A stretch of DNA of 63,487 nucleotides, the filler included, from Craspedostauros australis (Eukaryota): NCBI GenBank assembly GCA_030167865.1. It is 10 parts of 10 records of this genome, joined end to end, with 100 filler letters (N's around TTAATTAATTAA, not from the genome) between each part and the next. Parts side by side here need not be neighbours in the genome. Positions count along the whole stretch, not along the records: positions 60,839 to 62,048 come from JALAGF010005051.1; positions 62,149 to 63,487 come from JALAGF010005052.1; 8 more parts are not named here. The stretch is one strand, 5' to 3'. A model generated the notes under the pieces. It was given only the letters and a program-made list of their open reading frames with translations, was not told the origin of the DNA and did not search any database. The translations under genes were made by a program, and so were the position numbers. Every line of letters begins with the position of its first letter. Positions within the stretch are counted from its first letter, which is position 1. This document shows positions 60,839-63,487 of this stretch, piece by piece.

Positions 60839-62048
60839 ACTGCTACCGGTATGAGCCTCAATGAGTCCCTCCTCTTCGTACACCTTCAGAATATCCAACC
60901 ATTCATCTTCGCTTGCCGGTGGCGGTCCACCGAACAACGACTCGTACAATGCACGATGCCCATCCTCGCCCGTTCCATCGTCCTCCGCGAAGCCCGCCAG
61001 CGCCGTTCGCAGCAACAGCCACGAAAACGTAGATCCTAAACACGCGGCCAGCGGCAGCAGGTACTGCGCCGTATCGATCTGCTGCAGCTTCAGCTCCATC
61101 AGCTCCACCACGTTGATGGTTGCCGGAGTCTCTCGCTTGATCTGATCGTTGNNNNNNNNNNNNNNNNNNNNNNNNNNNNNNNNNNNNNNNNNNNNNNNNN
61201 NCATGATCTCTGCCAGTCCGTAGCTGTTGCTATTGCGGTCATCACCGTCGTTGCTGTAGATACCCAGTAGCTGTTTGAGCATGGTGTGAACGTTGTCCAA
61301 TGAGAGGTTGTTGACCTCGAGACTGACGTATCGAATGAAGCGCTCCCGCTTCTTCTTCTGGATGGATGACAGCATCTGGCCAACCAGATCGGCTGTGTTC
61401 GATGTGGCCACAGAGTCCAAGTCCGAAGTGTGCTTGTTGCTGATGCCAATAGTATTCCTGACATTGCCTTCAGCATTGCTGGCATTCCCATTGTCGATTC
61501 CGTCCATGTTGACGAGGTTGGATCGGAAGCAGATGACGACCATGAGAGAGGAGATGGTGGTGTCCAGCATCCACGACTCGATCATGTTGAGNNNNNNNNN
61601 NNNNNNNNNNNNNNNNNNNNNNGATACCCACACGAGGGGACAGCAGCTGCAGATGATCTTGATGAATCGTCGGAAGGCGAACTTGAGTCGAATGGACTGC
61701 TCCTTGAAGCCTTCTGTTGTCTGCGCAGGTTGGCCGGCAGAAAGGACTGTGCTTTCGTCACCGTCACCGTCGCCGTGGTTGTCTTGTGTGTTTGTGTATG
61801 ATAGCGCCTCGTTTCCGACGACATCGACCAGGTTGGGAATGAGCTTGTTGAGCGATTGCAGCTCATCGATGTTGAGATCATCCGTGATGCGCTGCCTGAT
61901 CACATCGAAGGTTCGGGCGTCCTCTTCTCCACGGTGCTTGGTGTCAACACGGCTTCTTGGAAGAGCGCAGATCTGTGAGCACAGATCGGCCATCGCGGTT
62001 CGGAAGCCAGAGTACGGTTCATCCATCTGCTTGAGATCGAACTTTCCG
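60839..62048 (-). CDS. Internal fragment of a STAND-class AAA ATPase (AAA_16-like) protein
   Basis: GKFD....EPYS.F..A..DLC, LIPNL, RLKFAFRRFI...C...PLVWV (Walker B expected in the gap), LMVVICFRSN, V.NLS...V..ML, L..AACLG.TF. Confidence 0.8.
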
Positions 62049-62148
62049 NNNNNNNNNNNNNNNNNNNNNNNNNNNNNNNNNNNNNNNNNNNNTTAATTAA
62101 TTAANNNNNNNNNNNNNNNNNNNNNNNNNNNNNNNNNNNNNNNNNNNN

Positions 62149-63487
62149 GTATCGCATGTCTGAGCGTTATCCCATGCGTAAACACTATAAGTCTAGATTC
62201 CCCGCAGCCAATGTCAACCGACTACACGATGTCGTTTCCATGGACACGTTGTTCTCTGACACACCTGCTCATCATGATGGAGTCCCCGGACACGGTGGAT
62301 GTACCATGCTACAGGTGTTTGTAGGATCCAACACGCGCCTCACAGCGGCGTACCCTCTGGCAAGCGAGTCCNNNNNNNNNNNNNNNNNNNNNNNNNNNNN
62401 NNNNNNNNNNNNNNNNNNNNNCATTCGGGAGCATGGTGCCATGGACGTGTTGATGTCCGACAACGCCACGGCGCAGATCGGGGGCAAGATGAAGGACATC
62501 CTCCGACAGTGCTGCATCGCGGACCACCAGTCCGAACCACACCACCAACATCAGAATCCTGTCGAGCGACGCATCCAGGATATCAAGCGCACCACCAACG
62601 GCATCATGGACCGAACTGGCACCCCTGCCAGGTTCTGGCTCATCTGCACCTTGTACGTCGTCGGACTGCTCAACCATCTGTCACAGTCCACGGCCGGTCA
62701 CATCACACCCATCCAGGCCGCCACTGGCCAACGTCCCGACGTGAGCAAGTATCTCAGCTTCCACTGGTGGGAACCAGTGTACTACAAGGTTGGGAACGCT
62801 GCCTTCCCTGGCACCACCCAAGAGCGACGTGGACGCTGGGCTGGGCCGTGCGAGCACAAGGGTGACGAACTGACGTTCTGGGTTCTAGATGACGCGACAC
62901 AACGGCTGTTGCCACGCTCGAGCATCCGACGTGTGTCTGATGACGCGCGAAACCTTCGGGCAGACTACCCCCTGCCTGATTCTGGGGAGGATGTTAGCGT
63001 GGGTGACGAAGCTAGCGAAACCGAAAATCCAGAAAATTTCGACAGTGACAGCACACCTGAAGCTAGACAACCCGTTGTGCATGCACTATCTGACCTGGTA
63101 GCCACATCGCATGGGGAATCAGATCCAGGTGTAGTCAAAGTCCCCAAGTTCAGTCCTGATGAGCTGCTCGGATTGACCTTCCTCCATCAACAGGATGGCC
63201 TCAAGTGGAGAGCTCGAGTAATCCGCAAAATCAAGGACGGTGACGCAGCTAACCATGACAACATCAAGATGCTCATCGCATACGGCGACGACGACACCGA
63301 AGAACTCATCGCGTACACGGATTTAGCTGACATCATCGAACAACAGCACGAACAGGAGATCGGCGACGGGGAGATGTGCGTTTTCAAAGCCATCACCGGT
63401 CATGAAGGTCCATTCCACTCCAGTCACAGCAAGTACAACGGCTCCTCCTACAACGTAAAGGTACAATGGGAGGATGGCAGTGTGACC
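62149..63487 (+). mobile_element. CoDi-type Copia integrase with C-terminal chromodomain-like region; frame open to the window end (missing from the ORF track)
   Basis: Frame from 62150: PMRKHYKSRFPAANVNRL, SMDTLFSD, LMSDNA, SEPHHQHQNPVERRIQ, FHWWEPVYY, GRWAG..EHKGD.LTF, ITGHEGP...YNGSLYNVKVQWEDGSVT. Confidence 0.92.

Overview
Eukaryotic nuclear DNA, very likely a diatom (DUF6824 protein, diatom-type Copia/CoDi gag-pol, diatom-type kinase and hypothetical families, GT-AG introns). The window is not contiguous. It is 10 small scaffolds joined by artificial 100-bp linkers (N44-TTAATTAATTAA-N44) at 6846-6945, 29451-29550, 31543-31642, 35393-35492, 46583-46682, 48952-49051, 55753-55852, 60739-60838 and 62049-62148, so adjacency across them means nothing. 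The gene-rich scaffold (6.9-29.4 kb) carries an F-box-like/WD40 protein, ASF1, NAC-alpha, a 5-exon protein kinase with two micro-exons, a SAM methyltransferase, a DUF6824 protein and a hypothetical gene. An EamA/SLC35G-like transporter and two pieces of a STAND-type AAA ATPase/TPR protein lie on other scaffolds. The rest is nested transposable elements: (1) a complete 6,023-bp Sola3-type DNA transposon with TTAA TSD, 157-bp GAG...CTC TIRs and a ~1,170-aa DDD transposase broken by one frameshift; (2) a Harbinger/PHIS transposase pseudogene with a 780-bp non-autonomous derivative; (3) a mariner-like fragment; (4) several Copia fragments; (5) an Ambal-like LINE ORF1 relic; (6) two LTR families. 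The most notable signals are the Sola3 element, a ~1.3-kb non-coding module shared between Sola3 and a mariner-like locus, an in-frame UGA-C at the gag/pol boundary of two different Copia elements (candidate readthrough), solo LTRs with non-canonical TA...CA ends and perfect 5-bp TSDs, and premature stops that are consistently TGA, suggesting CpG-methylation decay. Family assignments come from motif recognition by eye; no database searches were run.
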